From assembly GCA_964016885.1 (NCBI GenBank), contig OZ024744.1:14074001-14138000 (forward strand): 64,000 bases of DNA. The letters are read 5' to 3'. The number at the start of each line of letters is the position of its first letter. Position 1 is the first letter of the stretch. The stretch comes from Eledone cirrhosa. Lineage: Eukaryota. The position numbers were made by a program, and so were the translations under genes. Positions 26,491-39,949 of the stretch are shown one piece after another. Below the pieces are notes generated by a model, which was not told the origin of the DNA, made no database searches, and was given only the letters and a program-made list of their open reading frames with translations.

Positions 26491-27079
26491 ACAGCTCCAC
26501 AAATGTAAACAACGTAGTGATTACTTCGACAATAACAATAACAATTCTTTTCTTTAAAAAGTTACAATTTTAGTAAATTTTATGATGAATAAAACAAATA
26601 TATTTTCACTGTCTTGTGCAAAAAAAGTACTAAAAATTTCAATAAAAAATACGATGTAAAGAAAAAAGTAAATATATTTCCCACTTCATTGTGGTTTAAA
26701 ATGTACTAAAATATTACAATTAGAATTACGATGTTGAATATTAATTTTAAAAAAATACTATGTATAAACCTTATATCCTTCACCTGACATTCGTTGTGAG
26801 GTAAAGCCTTTACTGTGAATATACAATAGTATATATAGAGTAATTACTTTATTTGCCACCAGGCCACAAAAGGTAGGGACAGATACAAGGGGGGGAAGTT
26901 TACATATAATTAACGAGTACAAAAATATAACAATGAAATAACAACAACAAACGAAGTCCTCAATAGGGAGGGGGCATTAACATGGGTCGCACACACCCCG
27001 GAAAAAATGTGCAACCCTTCTCCTCAGGAGCACAAAGAGTAGGTGCTTCCCTCGTCTCCTCTTTTTCCTCTTCTTTCAC

Positions 27080-30000
27080 CTACAGGCTGATATAGAGAGA
27101 AGACCCATTCACTCTGGCCATTCTCCCTACTTTCACCCACCTTTCATAAAACTTGCTGGGGTAGAGCACCTCTCTCTCCATTCTGATCCTTCTTTTAAAA
27201 TGGTATTTGAAAAAGTGGACCAGTTGTTGGCCGGAGAGAAAGGTGTCTGACCTCAGCCCTTTCAGTCTTGTCCACCATACAACTTCTTTAGCCATGGCTA
27301 TCACACAGAGAAAGACCGCCTCTCCTTCGTTTTTGAAAGGGGGAGGCGGTTTGATCGTGACAATGGACTCGGTGGTCAACCGGATTGGTCCCACCCTCGA
27401 CAGTAGTCGTTCCACATAGCCCCACAGGTCAGCAATGCCTGGGCAGTGTACGAATGTGTGCGCAACGGTTTCGTCGTCATGCACGCATCTCGGACAGATC
27501 TTATTCAAAGGATCCCTACCCAGGCTCCCATGCCTGTGGAGTTTGTCTCGAACTGGTAGAGCCCCTCGGTAGCACTGCCAAGCCAGGGACTTTTGGAAGT
27601 TGTCCATCGGTCCAGGGCCAAACGTCCTACCGAACAGACTGGCCAGTTCATCATCCTCCATGCCTAGAGCTTCTCCAAGAGCATCGTCGCACCTGCTGCG
27701 TACCAACCCTCTATAGAATGTCGAGGTGGAGTCTCCACTGATTGCCGGGTCCGCTTTCCAGAGGGCCGTGAGCGCCTGGGCACATTCAATGTGCCAGTGG
27801 CCCACTTTTCTCGGTCTTTGCTTGATCCAGGATTGCAGCTCGGTGAGCGAGATGAGTTTGGGAAAGGCTCGCCTCACAAACGGGGCCCACACCGGTTGAC
27901 CGGTGAGGAATACCTGGAGGTGCCGTAGCCTTAATGCGTGTTTACGCATCTGTAGCCACGGCATCCCCAGCCGCCCTTTCGAAGGGTGTTGACAGCAGAT
28001 GTATCTCCTCACCAAAGGGGTCCGCTTGTTCCAAAGAAATTGGAACAGCGCGCACTCCATTTTGGCAAGTCTTTTCACTGGTCAAGGCACGACAGTCAAG
28101 CGGTAGTAGATGACGGATGCTATATAAGCGTTCGCCACCTCTGCTCGACCTTTCAGGGATAGTTTGGACTGGGCCCACTTCTGGGCGAGTGCAAACACCC
28201 TGGCCGTTACCTCGTTCCAGTTTTTCTCCACCTGGAGGTCTGGTCCGAACCAGACCCCAAGCAGCTTCACCGGGCCCTCCGTCCAGCGTCCGACGACGTC
28301 GTTGGAGGGCATCGGTTTGCCTCTCCATGTTCCGAGTTGCAAACCGACGGACTTGTCCCAGTTCAGCTTGGCTCCTGTAAACCTTTCATATTCCTCCAGT
28401 AAAGTGCCGATCTCACGGATTTGCGAGGTTCTCGACACCATTACTGTCACGTCATCGGCGTACGCCTACGCCGCTTTCTGCAATCCCGGTTCCAAAGGGA
28501 TGCCCCGCAACCGCTCCAACTTCCGCAGTAGTGGCTCAAGAGCCAGCACATACAGAAGGGAGGAGAGAGGGCATCCCTGTCGGATGGATCGCATGATTTG
28601 GAACGGCTCCGAGAGGTGGCCGTTCACCTTGACCCTTGAGCAGACGTTACTGCTGTGCATCGCAGCAATCCAACCCCTGAAAACGGGTCCGAAGCCTGCC
28701 GCCGCGAGCACCGTATCCAGGTAACGATGGTCAACCCTATCGAAAGCTTTAGATTGATCCAAGTTGATCAGGGCCCCACCAAAGCCGGATTCATTCCCTA
28801 CCCTCTCTATGATGTATCGCATAAGGTGGAGATTGTCGTGAATGGACCTGGACGGGATTGCGCATGTCTGCGCTTCTCCCACCAGGTTTCCGACGACAAG
28901 CGCCAACCTCTTCGCTAACACCTTGGCCAAAATCTTTAACTCTGCATTTAGCAGAGTTATGGGCCTGAAGTTGCATATGTCATCCCCCTTGTTCTCGTCC
29001 TTCCTCGCCAGCGTAACTACGCCCTTGGTCACAGAACTGGGAATTCTCCCGTTCTGCTGCCAGTTGCAGTAGACCGCTTCGAGGATATCGGAGAACAAGT
29101 CCGGCATCGCTACATATAGCTCGTATGGTAGACCATCGAGACCCGGGGATTTGCGTTTGCCGTATTGGCTCAGCGCCGCCCCTATCTCAGCAGCTGAAAT
29201 CGGCCTTTCGCAGGATCGCCTCCCTGTCCGAGAGGCGCGGCAGACCGTCGAGGTATGGATTGAAATCCATAGTCTCACCCGGCGCACCGCCCCTCCCGAA
29301 CAGTCGTGTAAAGTGCCGATGAAAGGTCGCACACATCTGCCCAGGTTCAAGGATCACACGCCCATCCTGGTCCTTCAAAGACCGAATCGTGGACTTGTTC
29401 CCACTTTTTGCCTCTGCCACTCGGGCCCAGCTAACAGCTTTGGCTCCCTCATTACCCAGAGCACGTATTTTACTCCTGACAACGCAGCACTCGTGCTTCA
29501 CATCAAAGAACTGGTCTAAGGCCATTCTTGATGCCAGCACGCTGGCTAAATTGCCACTCCTAATCGCCTCTTCTACTCTATCTACTAATTCCCTTTCCGT
29601 CTTATTCCTATCCCGTGCTCATTCCTGACTAAAACATATCGATTCTATTCTAATTGCTCTCTTAAGAGAGCTCCACCACCTGTTGTTGACAATTGCCCCT
29701 GTCAAACTCTGCTTAACTAACATGCTAATCCGTTTACTGTAAGCTTTGCTTGTCGGTAAGGACAAGTTCAGCTTCCAGTAACCGGGTTCCTGTCTATGAG
29801 TTCTATCAAGGTTGGCTATGCAGGTCACTAACTTGTGATCCGAATAGTCAACCATGAACATTTTTGGACAGCTAAATGTGTCCCTATCCTTCTCTCTAAC
29901 TAGGACCCTATCTAGGTACGACCTAGATGTTCCGCTGCGATTGGTCCACGTCCATAGTGGTACAGTCGGAAAATCTAGTCGATATCTATCGGCCAGGTCA

Positions 30001-30515
30001 AATCGGCCGATTAACCTTTTGAGGCTTTTACACCCCCCTCTATTGGCACATGCCCCTACATAGTCCCAACTTGCATCCAGGATACCATTCCAGTCCCCCA
30101 CTAAAAGCAAGGAGCGGGACGTTCCCAGAAAAGTTTCCAGACGTTGGAAGTATTCCGGCCGTGCTGCCCAAAAAGGGGCGTACACAGCAATTAGTCTAAG
30201 GGCTCCACTTTCACTACTGCCGACGTCTAAAACCACCAGTCGACCCTCCGGGTCCAGGTGCACCTTCTGTATGGCGAGGCCCAGGTGTTTTCGCAGCAGA
30301 ACGACAACTCCATCCCCACCCCCCGGTTGACAGAGAGATGCGAAGATCTCAAAGTCGTCGAAGAGGGGCGCCAGTTGGTGCTCGCTGCTGATCCTGGACT
30401 CGCAAATAGCCATTACATCCATTCTATGCGACCTGAGATCGTTTAAAAGTTTGCCTTGTTTCCAAGACAGTCCCAGGCCGCGTACATTCAGACACCCAAC
30501 TCTTATATCAGCCAT
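27080..30515 (-). pseudogene. Tx1 ORF2: APE endonuclease + RT + C-terminal Cys motif
   Basis: CLNVRGL, GDWN, SYLDRV, YSDH, KSPGLDG, FRPITLLN, DQSKAFDRV, RQGCPLS, YADD and CPRC..ETVAHTFVHC; a few stops and frameshifts. Confidence 0.93.
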
Positions 30516-30536
30516 GTTGGTTAAAAGAGGAAGGAC

Positions 30537-32275
30537 CTACCTGTTCGGCTCCTGAGGAGCAGGTTGCACAATATCCATGGGCGTATTGGAGGGGTTGTTT
30601 GGTGGGGTGTTGTTCTGTGGCGGAGTGTGGGTGTTTGGTGAGGTGTGGGTGGGGAAACGTTTCAAGAGGACGCGGTTATAGGGTCGAGTACATGTTTCCC
30701 CCACGTCCTCAGGAAAGTTCTCTCTTAGTTTTGCATAGGTGTCCATTGGGAGTCTTATCATTTTTAAATGCAGTTTGTTGGCCGCGCTTGCAAGGAATTG
30801 CCCTTCAGTTTCCACCGAAGGGTCTTTGTGTACTGTTTTTACTAGTTCTTTGTTATTTGTGTTAATGTATGTATACTGTTTTATTTGTGTTGTGTTTGTT
30901 TGTTGTTCTTGTGTGTGCTTAAGTTTTGTTGTATGTGTTATGTTTTGGGGTGGGGCGGATTTTGTTTGTTCTGTTTGTTTTGTTTTTGTTGGTGGTTGTG
31001 TGTTTGTTTCGTTTATGTTCGAGTGGTGCTTTCTTTTTTCCTTTTTACAGGTTGGAAGGGTCCCCCCTCTTCGTCACTAGGTGCCGTTTCAGCTGGGTCC
31101 TCGTCCGTGCTGTCGGGTAGTGGTGTATTTTGGGGTTTTGTTGTGTTTGTGTGTGTTTTTGGACTTGTTTTGGGTGGGGCCGTGTCTTCTGTTATTTTTC
31201 CGTGTTGTTTTTGTTGTTGTTGTGGTGGTGGTGGTGGTGGTGGAGGTGGTGGTGGTGGCGGTGGTGGTGTGTGGGGTGTAGGCAAAAGAGCCTTTTTTTT
31301 GTCAATTGAGGACAGGCAGCCCTTAGATGACCCCTGCTTGAACAGTAGTAACATATGGGCCTCCTACCCTCGGCTGAAATATATATAAATGTTTCTCCAT
31401 CGAGGGACACCCTCTGTGGTATTCTAGCTATTCGTTCTGGTCTCATTTGGACCAGAACCCCCACGCTCAAACCACCGAAAACGTCTGTTGTGACTTCTCC
31501 TACTGAGAGGATTCCGTCCTCGTCTTCTAAAAATCCTGTTAGTACCCAGGAAATGCATGCATTTGGCCGGATTCCGGAGACCCTTATTTTCTGCGTTCTT
31601 TTCCCTAAATATGTGGGGAAAAATGTGTGTAGCTTGGAAACAATTGGTGCCACAGAGTATTTCCTGGCCGTCAATTGATCCTTCATAAGCACCGTTATAT
31701 TCCCATAGAGTGGCCCTTTTTGTATGAACGATATATCACTCCACACATTTTTTAGGACCAGCTCAATTTCATTTTGGGATAATTGAGTTGGTTTCCTTGT
31801 TATGTTGGAAATTGTTCTGAAAGATATCGTTCTTAGTGTCGTGTCTCTTTTGATTTCTTGTGGGGAGGTGATTGTGAAGTCTCCTCCTTCTTTGAAAGTT
31901 ACATACTGTTTTGCTTCCTTCATCTTTTCTCTCAGAGTTGTAATGTCCAGTTGCTTGCAGGTCTGTGTTTTTTTAGACCGCCTGTGCAAAGGAGGCACCA
32001 GTAGTGGGTTCGCTTTGTTTGGTGTTATCGTTATTTTTTCCTTGGTTGGTGTTGTGACTATTGCTGTTATTGTCGTTGTTGTTTTTGTCTGCGTTTATGT
32101 GACTTTCTGGGTTTTCACCCATTTTTACAAATTTTTCTTTTAATTCCGTGTTCCATGTTTCTTTTGCAGAAGTGAGGAGGGAAGACTTAGAGCCTTGTGC
32201 TTCTAGCTTCTCTGTATCACCTTTCTTAGGGGGCGTGGCTTTCACGTTAGGATGAGATGTGAAAATTCCGTCCAT
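30537..32275 (-). pseudogene. Tx1 ORF1 (RRM-like region, CCHC zinc knuckle, Pro/Thr/Asn-rich tracts)
   Basis: EGRRPICYYCSSRGHLRAAC; frameshifted. Confidence 0.8.
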
Positions 32276-32649
32276 TTCTATTAGTTTGCCGTAATAAATT
32301 TTTAACTGGAAAATTCGCCCCAAAAAGGGGCGAAAATAAATAAACTCAAAGTCTGACGACCCAGGCAAGGGGTTAACGTATATTACAGTATAAAAAATTA
32401 ATCAAAACTCACTTTTGAGTAAGTAAATCCGACTCGGTAGCCGAGCTTGTTCACACACGTCAACACACGTCTCTCGTATACGAGATGTTATGTGAGATAT
32501 TATGTGAGGTAAAGCCTTTACTGTGAAAATACAATAGTGTATATAGAGTAATGTAAATACTAAAGGGCTAGACCCATTTATTTATTATTTTGCATCTTAT
32601 AAGCCGTCAAATATGGTATTTTATTTTATTTACATTTTCTTTCGTCCAG

Positions 32650-32871
32650 CTGCAGTATCAACAATTGGGTGTCAAGCACAATGTCCTGTGGCACAAGGAT
32701 ACTTTTCGGACCCGTTATTCAATACCTGTCAGACTTACATTTGGTGTAATAATTTTATTCCTCTACGAATGGCCTGCCCTCTTGGATATCTTTTCAATCC
32801 AGCCTCACAAAGTTGTCAAAGTCTAATTGAATATACTTGTGAACCAAACAAAGTACCAACAACTACTGAAG
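32650..32871 (+). CDS. Internal exon of a host gene encoding one chitin-binding type-2 (CBM14/peritrophin-A) domain plus a Thr-rich linker
   Basis: Polypyrimidine tract + CAG acceptor, AG|GTGAGT donor, 222 bp, phase 1-1. Cys spacing C-x14-C-x5-C-x9-C-x12-C-x7-C with GYFSDP and GYLFNP. Confidence 0.88.
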
Positions 32872-33061
32872 GTGAGTGAATAAATAGCTGACACTTATCT
32901 ACTAGAATCTTTTTTCCATACGCCAACGCCTATGTGAATATGTGTATGCGTGTTTGTATGTGTATATGCTTACAGGTATATGGGAAGAGAGGAGTAGTGT
33001 GAGGTAGTCATAACAACAGTGGTAACAACACTTTCTTTTTGTTGTATTTGTTTCAACTCTG

Positions 33062-33460
33062 CTCTCTGAGTTCAAATCTCGCCGGGGTCAACTTAGTTTT
33101 TTCACCCTTTTGAGGTCGATAAAAAAAGTACCAGTCCAGTATTGAGATAGATTATTTCTCTATATTTCTTTTCTACATTATCTCTATCATTCTATTTCTT
33201 TCTGTGGAAGAAATCGGCTGCGTTCAGACCTGCAGAGGAGATGGGCTCTGCCAGGTTTTAAAAACTACCCAAATTAGTCTTCGTGATTGTTATTAATATT
33301 TATTATGAATCTAGAATGGTGGATTGGCATAATTGCTAGAAAGTTGAATAAAATGTCATTGGGGTATTTTTTTTTGGCTCTTTGTTTCGAGTTCAAATTC
33401 CCTTGAGGTCAATGTTTGCCTTCATCCCTCCGAGGTCGCTAACATAAAGTACGAGTGAAG
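33062..33460 (+). mobile_element. Two decayed Octopus-type SINE fragments (33062-33135, ~33315-33460)
   Basis: Both carry the gagttcaaat...gaggtcaa..ttgcctttcatcc..gaggtcg core. Confidence 0.65.
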
Positions 33461-33467
33461 TTCACCG

Positions 33468-34048
33468 TATGATATGTCATCTGGTGTAGCACAGGGATCT
33501 GTTCTTGGCCCCATTTTGTTTGTGGCATATATTAATGACGTAGATGCCAACTTAAAGAATGACACAGTACTGAAATATATATATATCTGTACCTTGAGAT
33601 AAAAAGGACAGATCGGGAACACTATAGATCTTTCCTGCAATCAGACCTGGACACAATGCAACAATGGATCACGGACTGGCAACTCAAGTTGGCTGTGGAC
33701 AAGTGCACCACCATGCATTTTGGGAGTAAAATCCCAGTGACCACATACTCCCTCCACAACACTAATATAAAGAAGTCTTCTTGTGAACGTGACCTGGGCA
33801 TTACTGTCAGCAGCGATTTGCGTTGTACGAAGCACATCTCTAAAATTGTCAAGAAGGCCGAGGGTGTCTTAGCATCACTCATCAAGACCTTTGTCAGCCG
33901 TTCTCCAGCTATCTACTTAAAGCTGTATATAGCTATGGTGCGGCCACACTTAGAATTTACATCACCAGTCTGGAACCCCTATCTTGCTCAGAACATTGAC
34001 CTCCTGGAAACTGTTCAGAGACATGCAACTAGCGAATACCCTTCATCA
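33468..34048 (+). mobile_element. CR1/L2-type LINE RT fragment
   Basis: SGVAQGSVLGPILFVAYIND, LQSDLD, DKC, ERDLGITVS, VRPHLEF..WNP and LETVQRHAT. Confidence 0.85.
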
Positions 34049-34639
34049 GGCAGGGCAGAGCAACTTGAAATAAAGTCTCTTGCTCAAAGAAATAACACAT
34101 CGGCCAGTCCATTCTTTTACTGATCATATTGATCCGAGTAGTTATTTTACCGACCTCGAATTGTTGAACCGTTAAGTTATAGGATATAAACAAATACCAG
34201 ACACACAAATACAAAAACACACAGTTTTGACAAACATACACACACACATATACGAGAAACCCGCATACACACACATATACGACATGAACACACACACACA
34301 CACGAAGTAAACACCCGCATACACACATACATGACATAAATTCACTCACACATATACAACATAAACACACATACAACATAAACACGCATATACATGACAT
34401 TAACACACATACATATGACATAAACATGATGGTGTGTAGCGAAAGAAATGTTCCAATGTATCCTCTCACTGACATGGCCATTCCTATGAAAGAGAACGCA
34501 GCAGGAGGTCATCGACCTTTGATCAACAAATAACTAGCGTTCGATAAATAGGCTGTCAAGGAACGAGGGCAGAGAGAGAATTTTCTGTTACAAAAGAGAC
34601 GATACCTTCCCTGGTCACTTGGCTTTTAACTTCTGTGGT

Positions 34640-34995
34640 GATACTAATGACGGACGATAGTAGGGAGGTGGTCTTAGGGCCAAGGACATCAGAAGTCTCC
34701 ACTACTAGGGGCTGATACTACTAACAGACGATAGTAGGGAGGTAGTCCTAGGGACAAGGTCACCAGAAGTCTCCACTACTAGGGGCTGATACTACTAACA
34801 GATGATAGTAGGGAGGTGGTCTTAAGGTCAAGGATACCAGAAGTCACCACTACTAGGGACTGATACTAATGACATACGATAGTAGGGAGGTGGTCCTAGG
34901 GCCAATGACACCAGTAAGTCTCCACTACTAGGGACTGATACTAATGACAGACGATAGTAGGGAGGTGGTCCTAGGACCAAGGTCACCAGAAGTCT
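34640..34995. repeat. ~74-bp tandem repeat, ~5 units
   Basis: Units start at 34640, 34714, 34788, 34862 and 34937. Confidence 0.9.
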
Positions 34996-35420
34996 TAACT
35001 GCCAAGGGTACCACAGTAAACCTGTCGGAGAGCGACCGATACTTGGAAAATTTACCCTCCTCAGCCCAAAGTGCAGCAGAACCTGGGTTAGTCGCAGACT
35101 GCACCAAGTTACGACTGGAGAATGTGTCGCTGCAAGTGGCATCTAAGACGAGGGGTTTGCCACATCGGAACGGGAAGATGGTCATACCGTCTGGCCTTTT
35201 GCAGTCTCCTCGAGCTGATAGGGGAAGCCTGCAGCGTCCAAGCCATTCTTTATGAGCTCGTTGAGGGCAGCATGGAGTGGAAGGCGGCCGGCACTGTAGC
35301 AACAGGAAAGCGGGTGGAGGCCGAAAAAGTCCATGGTGGATCCGTAGCGACATTTATGTGGCGCCCAGATCCGGAGGCCAAGCCTCAGGGAAACCTCCCA
35401 CACACTGAAGCATTAACACT
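34937..35420 (-). mobile_element. CRE-clade LINE 3' fragment (REL endonuclease)
   Basis: HPLSC..HAALN, KRPDGMTIFPF..LVLDATCSD and EEGKFSKY..VPLAVKTSG. Confidence 0.8.
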
Positions 35421-36600
35421 GCAGCAACTCAATCACTCTTACATACACAAGCAAAAGAAAACACAGAAAAATTAATTCAAAAACAAACAAAAAATGATCT
35501 ATCGCCTTGCTTCTCCACATTTTTATTGGTGAAGATTTTCATCCAACATCTGCTAACACAATAAATTAGTTTCAGAAGCCCCAAGTTCGAGCAGTGATTC
35601 AGTAATTTTGGTAAAGTTAAACCTACATAAGTAGATATAATTCAGACTAAGGGTCATACCTGTAGTAATTGAGTGAATTTCTCCACAATTTAGCTGTTCA
35701 TATTATAGATCATCTGGCCTGTGTTGAAATATGAAACCACAGAAGCAGCACTATCGCAGCCTTCATCGCGTTTCAGTGACACTACATGCTCAACCCATCG
35801 GCCAAGAGCTCCTACCCAATGACCAACATGACACCTCAACAAAAGAAATCGGTCATTTTTGTCTACGACCTCTTAACTACACGGTCAATTAATCAATTAA
35901 CACTCTTTGCTTTCTCATCGTTTTAGCTAAAAAACAACAACAAAAACAAACAACTTCATCCACTATCTTCAGTTAATTTCAAATTTCTTTCCTCAATTCC
36001 AATTTTTTCCCTTCAATGTTTTAATATCTCACTGTCCTATTTTTGCACCTCTATAGAATTTACTATTTTAAATATTTACACACATCTCAACATCTCACAC
36101 TAATTTCCCCGTATTTAGTACACCTCATAATTCTTTATTTTTTCTTTTCTTGACATGTTCTCTTTGTTTTCTCAGTGTCAATCTCCCTCTCCCCGATATT
36201 TTAATATCATCTCTCTATTTTTGCTATGCTTTTACAATTTTAAAATTTACTGCAGATTTACTGCAGTCTTGCCATATGGAATGTCACACACTCAGTTTTT
36301 GATTTCACTGCAATCTTGCCCATGTGGAATCTTACACAAACTCACAGCCTTTCAATTTTTACTTCTAATGTTTTTTCCTTCTGTTTACATGTTCATTGCT
36401 CTTTCTCTTCTACTGTATTTACCTGCCTCTCACATGACTACACTCATCTCCACGGACTCATAATTCCCCCCCCCCCCCTTCTCCACTTTCTATCCCTCCC
36501 TCTGCTCACCCCTAACTTCTTCCTCACGCACAGCCCACCTATGTCTTCCCTCACCCCGTTAATGGTCCGATGTTTTGATCGACCTATCACCGGTGGTTGC

Positions 36601-36646
36601 CGATTAATAAAGTTGCCACCACTTTAGGTGGCAACTTTATTGATCG
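36601..36646. repeat. 20-bp-stem hairpin
   Basis: cgattaataaagttgccacc-acttta-ggtggcaactttattgatcg. Confidence 0.85.
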
Positions 36647-36659
36647 ATGTCTAGGTGGC

Positions 36660-39600
36660 TGAGACATGCGTCGAACGACCAAGAGACCTGCTTGGTGGTA
36701 CAACTATGTGACAACAGGTCAACCTTCTACCCCCCCCCCCCATTCTTCACCAACTTCGGCACAAACGAGAGGAGCTAACTTCTCTCCACCTATCCCCCCT
36801 CCTCTCCACCGCTGGTTCCGAACGAAATTAACCCTGCCAACCCCACCACTCCTACAACTGTTAGCCCACCCCCAGCACCACCCAACCTCCATTCTAGTCC
36901 CACCGTTAGAACCAATGCTGCTTACCCTTCATCTTTTACCAGTTCCCTCCCTCAATCGAATTCCAACGCTGTCCCTCTACCGTTGGCCGCTGCCAGCTCA
37001 CCCCCTGATTGTGCTCTCTGTGCCGACACTAGCCGGTACCTAAAGACAATTAAATGTCACCTGTGCCACTTTTGCTGCAGCCCTCCAACGTTTATCCAAA
37101 TCAAAGCTCGTCAACCGGATCCCTAAGGGAGCTCGGAATAGCTTTGCACGTGCTCTCTCTAATCTATTGAAAAACGTTTGCTCGTCTAACAATAGGCCTG
37201 ACTGGCAGAAACTGTTTCTATTCCCTCTCATCTCTCTTCACGTGCACAATGCGACATCGGGATCCCTCACGTTCTCTCTCAAGCGGCAGTTCCAGCTGTT
37301 TGAGTCCACCCTAACCACTTCTCACTCATGTTGACATCGAGCTCGGTACCTACCAAAAGGCAATTAAGAAACCTCAAGCGTGCGGTCAATGCCAAATTCA
37401 GCGAATTTGAGATTAAAGGGGCTGTCCGTCTCCTCTCTTCTCTGTCCTCCCTTGCTCCGTGTAACTCTGATTCTCTTGAGCGACTGAAAGAGAAGCACCC
37501 ATCGGCACCCCCAGATGATCACCAGAATACTCGAGACCGGTCTACATCACTGATAACTTCAGAAAGGTGATTACATCCTTCCCCGCTGGTTCAGGTGCGA
37601 GGATTGACGGCCTTCGACCTCAGCACCTCAAGGATGGTATCTCCATATCGGCTGGTGACGCAGGACTCAAGCTCTTGGAGAGTCTGACTCAGTTTGTGAA
37701 TCAGTTCTCTTCAGTAATCATTCTCCCCTATATGCGCCCACTGTTCTTCAGTGCAAAATTATTCGGTCTCACTAAACCCACAGGAGACCTGTGCCCTATT
37801 GCGGTCGGTTGCACCCTTCGTCGTCTCACTGCAAAGGGGTGTTTTCTATCGGTCTCTGACTCACTGGCGGAGGAATCTTCCCCTATCCAGCTAGGGGTTG
37901 GTACTAAGCTTGAATGTGACGCTGCAGCCCACGCTACCAGAGCCTTATCAACTTGCCTTCTTTGTTCCCCAGGGTCATCCTCAAACTTGACATCAAGAAC
38001 GCGTTCAATTTCGTTAGCTGTGATGTCGTCCTCAGCTCAGTAAGAGAGAAGGTCCCACAACTCTACCACTTTGCTTGGCAGGCTTATTGGGAGCCCTCCT
38101 ACCTCTCTTTTGGTGACCAAAATCATTATCTCTGCCTCAGGATCAAACAAAGTGACCCTCTCGGGCCCGCTTTGCTTGCACTGTGCATTGATGACATCAC
38201 CAAGATGGGGGTTGAGTTGGACCTCAATGTCTGGTATCTCGATGACGCTTGTTTGGAGGGACCTCCAGATAAGGTTCTCTCCACTGCTAACAAAATGGTT
38301 GAAGAGCTTGTCCGTCGGGAGTCACCAGGTCAATAGCTCCAAATGTGAGCTCTGGATCCTCAACCACCCGACTTCTCAATATCAACAGACAATTGACCTG
38401 TTTACAGACTCCTTCCCTTCCATTGCAGTCCCTGCCCCGTCAGTTTGGTGCTCCTCAGGAGCCCCAATTACAGACCTTGTCTTGAGCAATTGTTGAAGAA
38501 TATTGAGGTAATCAAACCCCATCAAGGTTTTTCATACTCAGAAACTTCCTTTCGATTCCTAAGTTTCTATATATGTTCAGGGTCAGCCCTTCTCACAGAT
38601 TTCCGTCCTGTCTCCAACGCTTCGACGATCTAATCTTCGAGAGATTTGAGTCCTTGGACAATGTCAGACTCTCTCTAGAGTCCTGTGATCAGGCTGCGTT
38701 GCCCAAGCGATTTGGGTGTCTTAGTCTTAGTAAATGTTCGTCCCTCTTTCTCCCTTGCCTCCTTTCCTCCACCCACATTTGCTCCACCCTAGTAAGCAAC
38801 ATCCTCACCTCTCCAACATGGACTAGTTCCAATAGGGAGTTGGATGAAGCTCCTCAACAATGGAGTGAGTTGGGATTCTCTGTTCCTGAGAAAGTGCGGG
38901 ACAGTCGAAGTCAGAAAGCTTGAGACAGCATAAATTCGAAGGGCACTTTTGACTCTCTTCGACCAGTCAGATCAGCTTTCAAGGTGCCGCTTACTGTCAG
39001 CCAGCGCCAAATACTCAGGTGACTGGGTTGATGCCCTACCCGTGGCTAACGTTGGTAGCCTAATCAGCTTGGATGAACTTCGTGTCTCCATTGCCGCCAG
39101 AGTGGGAGCTAATGTCTGTACGGGTCTGAGGTATCGATGAGGCAAACTCCTCGACTCCACAGGCCTCCACGGTCTTACTTATCACCTGATGCCGGTCGCT
39201 TCGCACGGCACACGGAGCTAAACCTTATTCTGAAGAGAGCTTTGGCCCTGGCAAACATCCCCTATATTGGAACCATCTGGGTTATCCAGAAGTGATGGGA
39301 AAAGACCTGACGGCCTTACACTGTGCCCCTGGTCGAGAGGCAGATGTCTTGTCTGGGACGTCACAGTTAGTGACTTTTTTGCTTCTTCCCACATTTTGGA
39401 AGCTGTGGTTAGGGCGAGAGCTACAGCCACAGCTTCCCCACGGAACAAAATGCTAAAATACCGTCATCTGTCGGCCAACTACATTTTCCAGCCTGTGGTG
39501 TTCGAGACGTTTGAGGGAGCCGGGCTACTGACAGTGAGGTTCTTATCTTCACTGGCGGCTCGCCAAACAGAGGTAACTGGTGATGCTCGTGAGGGCACTT

Positions 39601-39949
39601 GGTTGTTCCAGTACCTCAGCCTCGCCATCACCCAGGTAACACTGCGAGTGTGCTGGCTTGCCTCAACAATTATTAGAGAGGTTTCCCAGTGCTCCTCACG
39701 ATACTGCTATCTTTTACTCTGCTATCGGCTCGGTTATCCACTCCTTTCACCTGGCTTTTGTTCTATGTGTTTCCAGATGTGTATTTTTTCTGTTTTTATT
39801 CTATTCTCTTTCCTTTCCTTTCTTTGTTTTCTGTTTTCCTCTCCCTTTCCTTTATATAATATTTGCTTGTGCTTTCGTTCTGTTAACATTATATTATATC
39901 TCTTTTTTATACAACGGTGAATAAAGTTCGTTTAGAATTTAAAAAAAAA
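36660..39949 (+). mobile_element. Decayed CRE-clade non-LTR retrotransposon (RT + REL); 5' boundary uncertain
   Basis: DGLRPQHLKD, PIAVGCTLRRL, QLGVG, KLDIKNAFN, QSDPLGP, WYLDD, RHTELN and GKRPDGLTLCPW..LVWDVT; AATAAA plus an A-run at 39920-39949. Confidence 0.88.

Larger units (their letters stand above)
26845..32502 (-). mobile_element. Full-length Tx1/L1-clade LINE (copy A) with a 50-bp TSD
   Basis: ORF1 + ORF2, AATAAA at the 3' end, direct repeats at 26795-26844 and 32503-32552. Confidence 0.92.
26043..32616. mobile_element. Non-autonomous TIR (Tc1/mariner-pogo-like) element split by the Tx1 insertion
   Basis: Imperfect TIRs ccgtattttacgatttataagacaca / tgcatcttataagccgtcaaatatgg, followed by TA at the right end. 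Confidence 0.55.
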
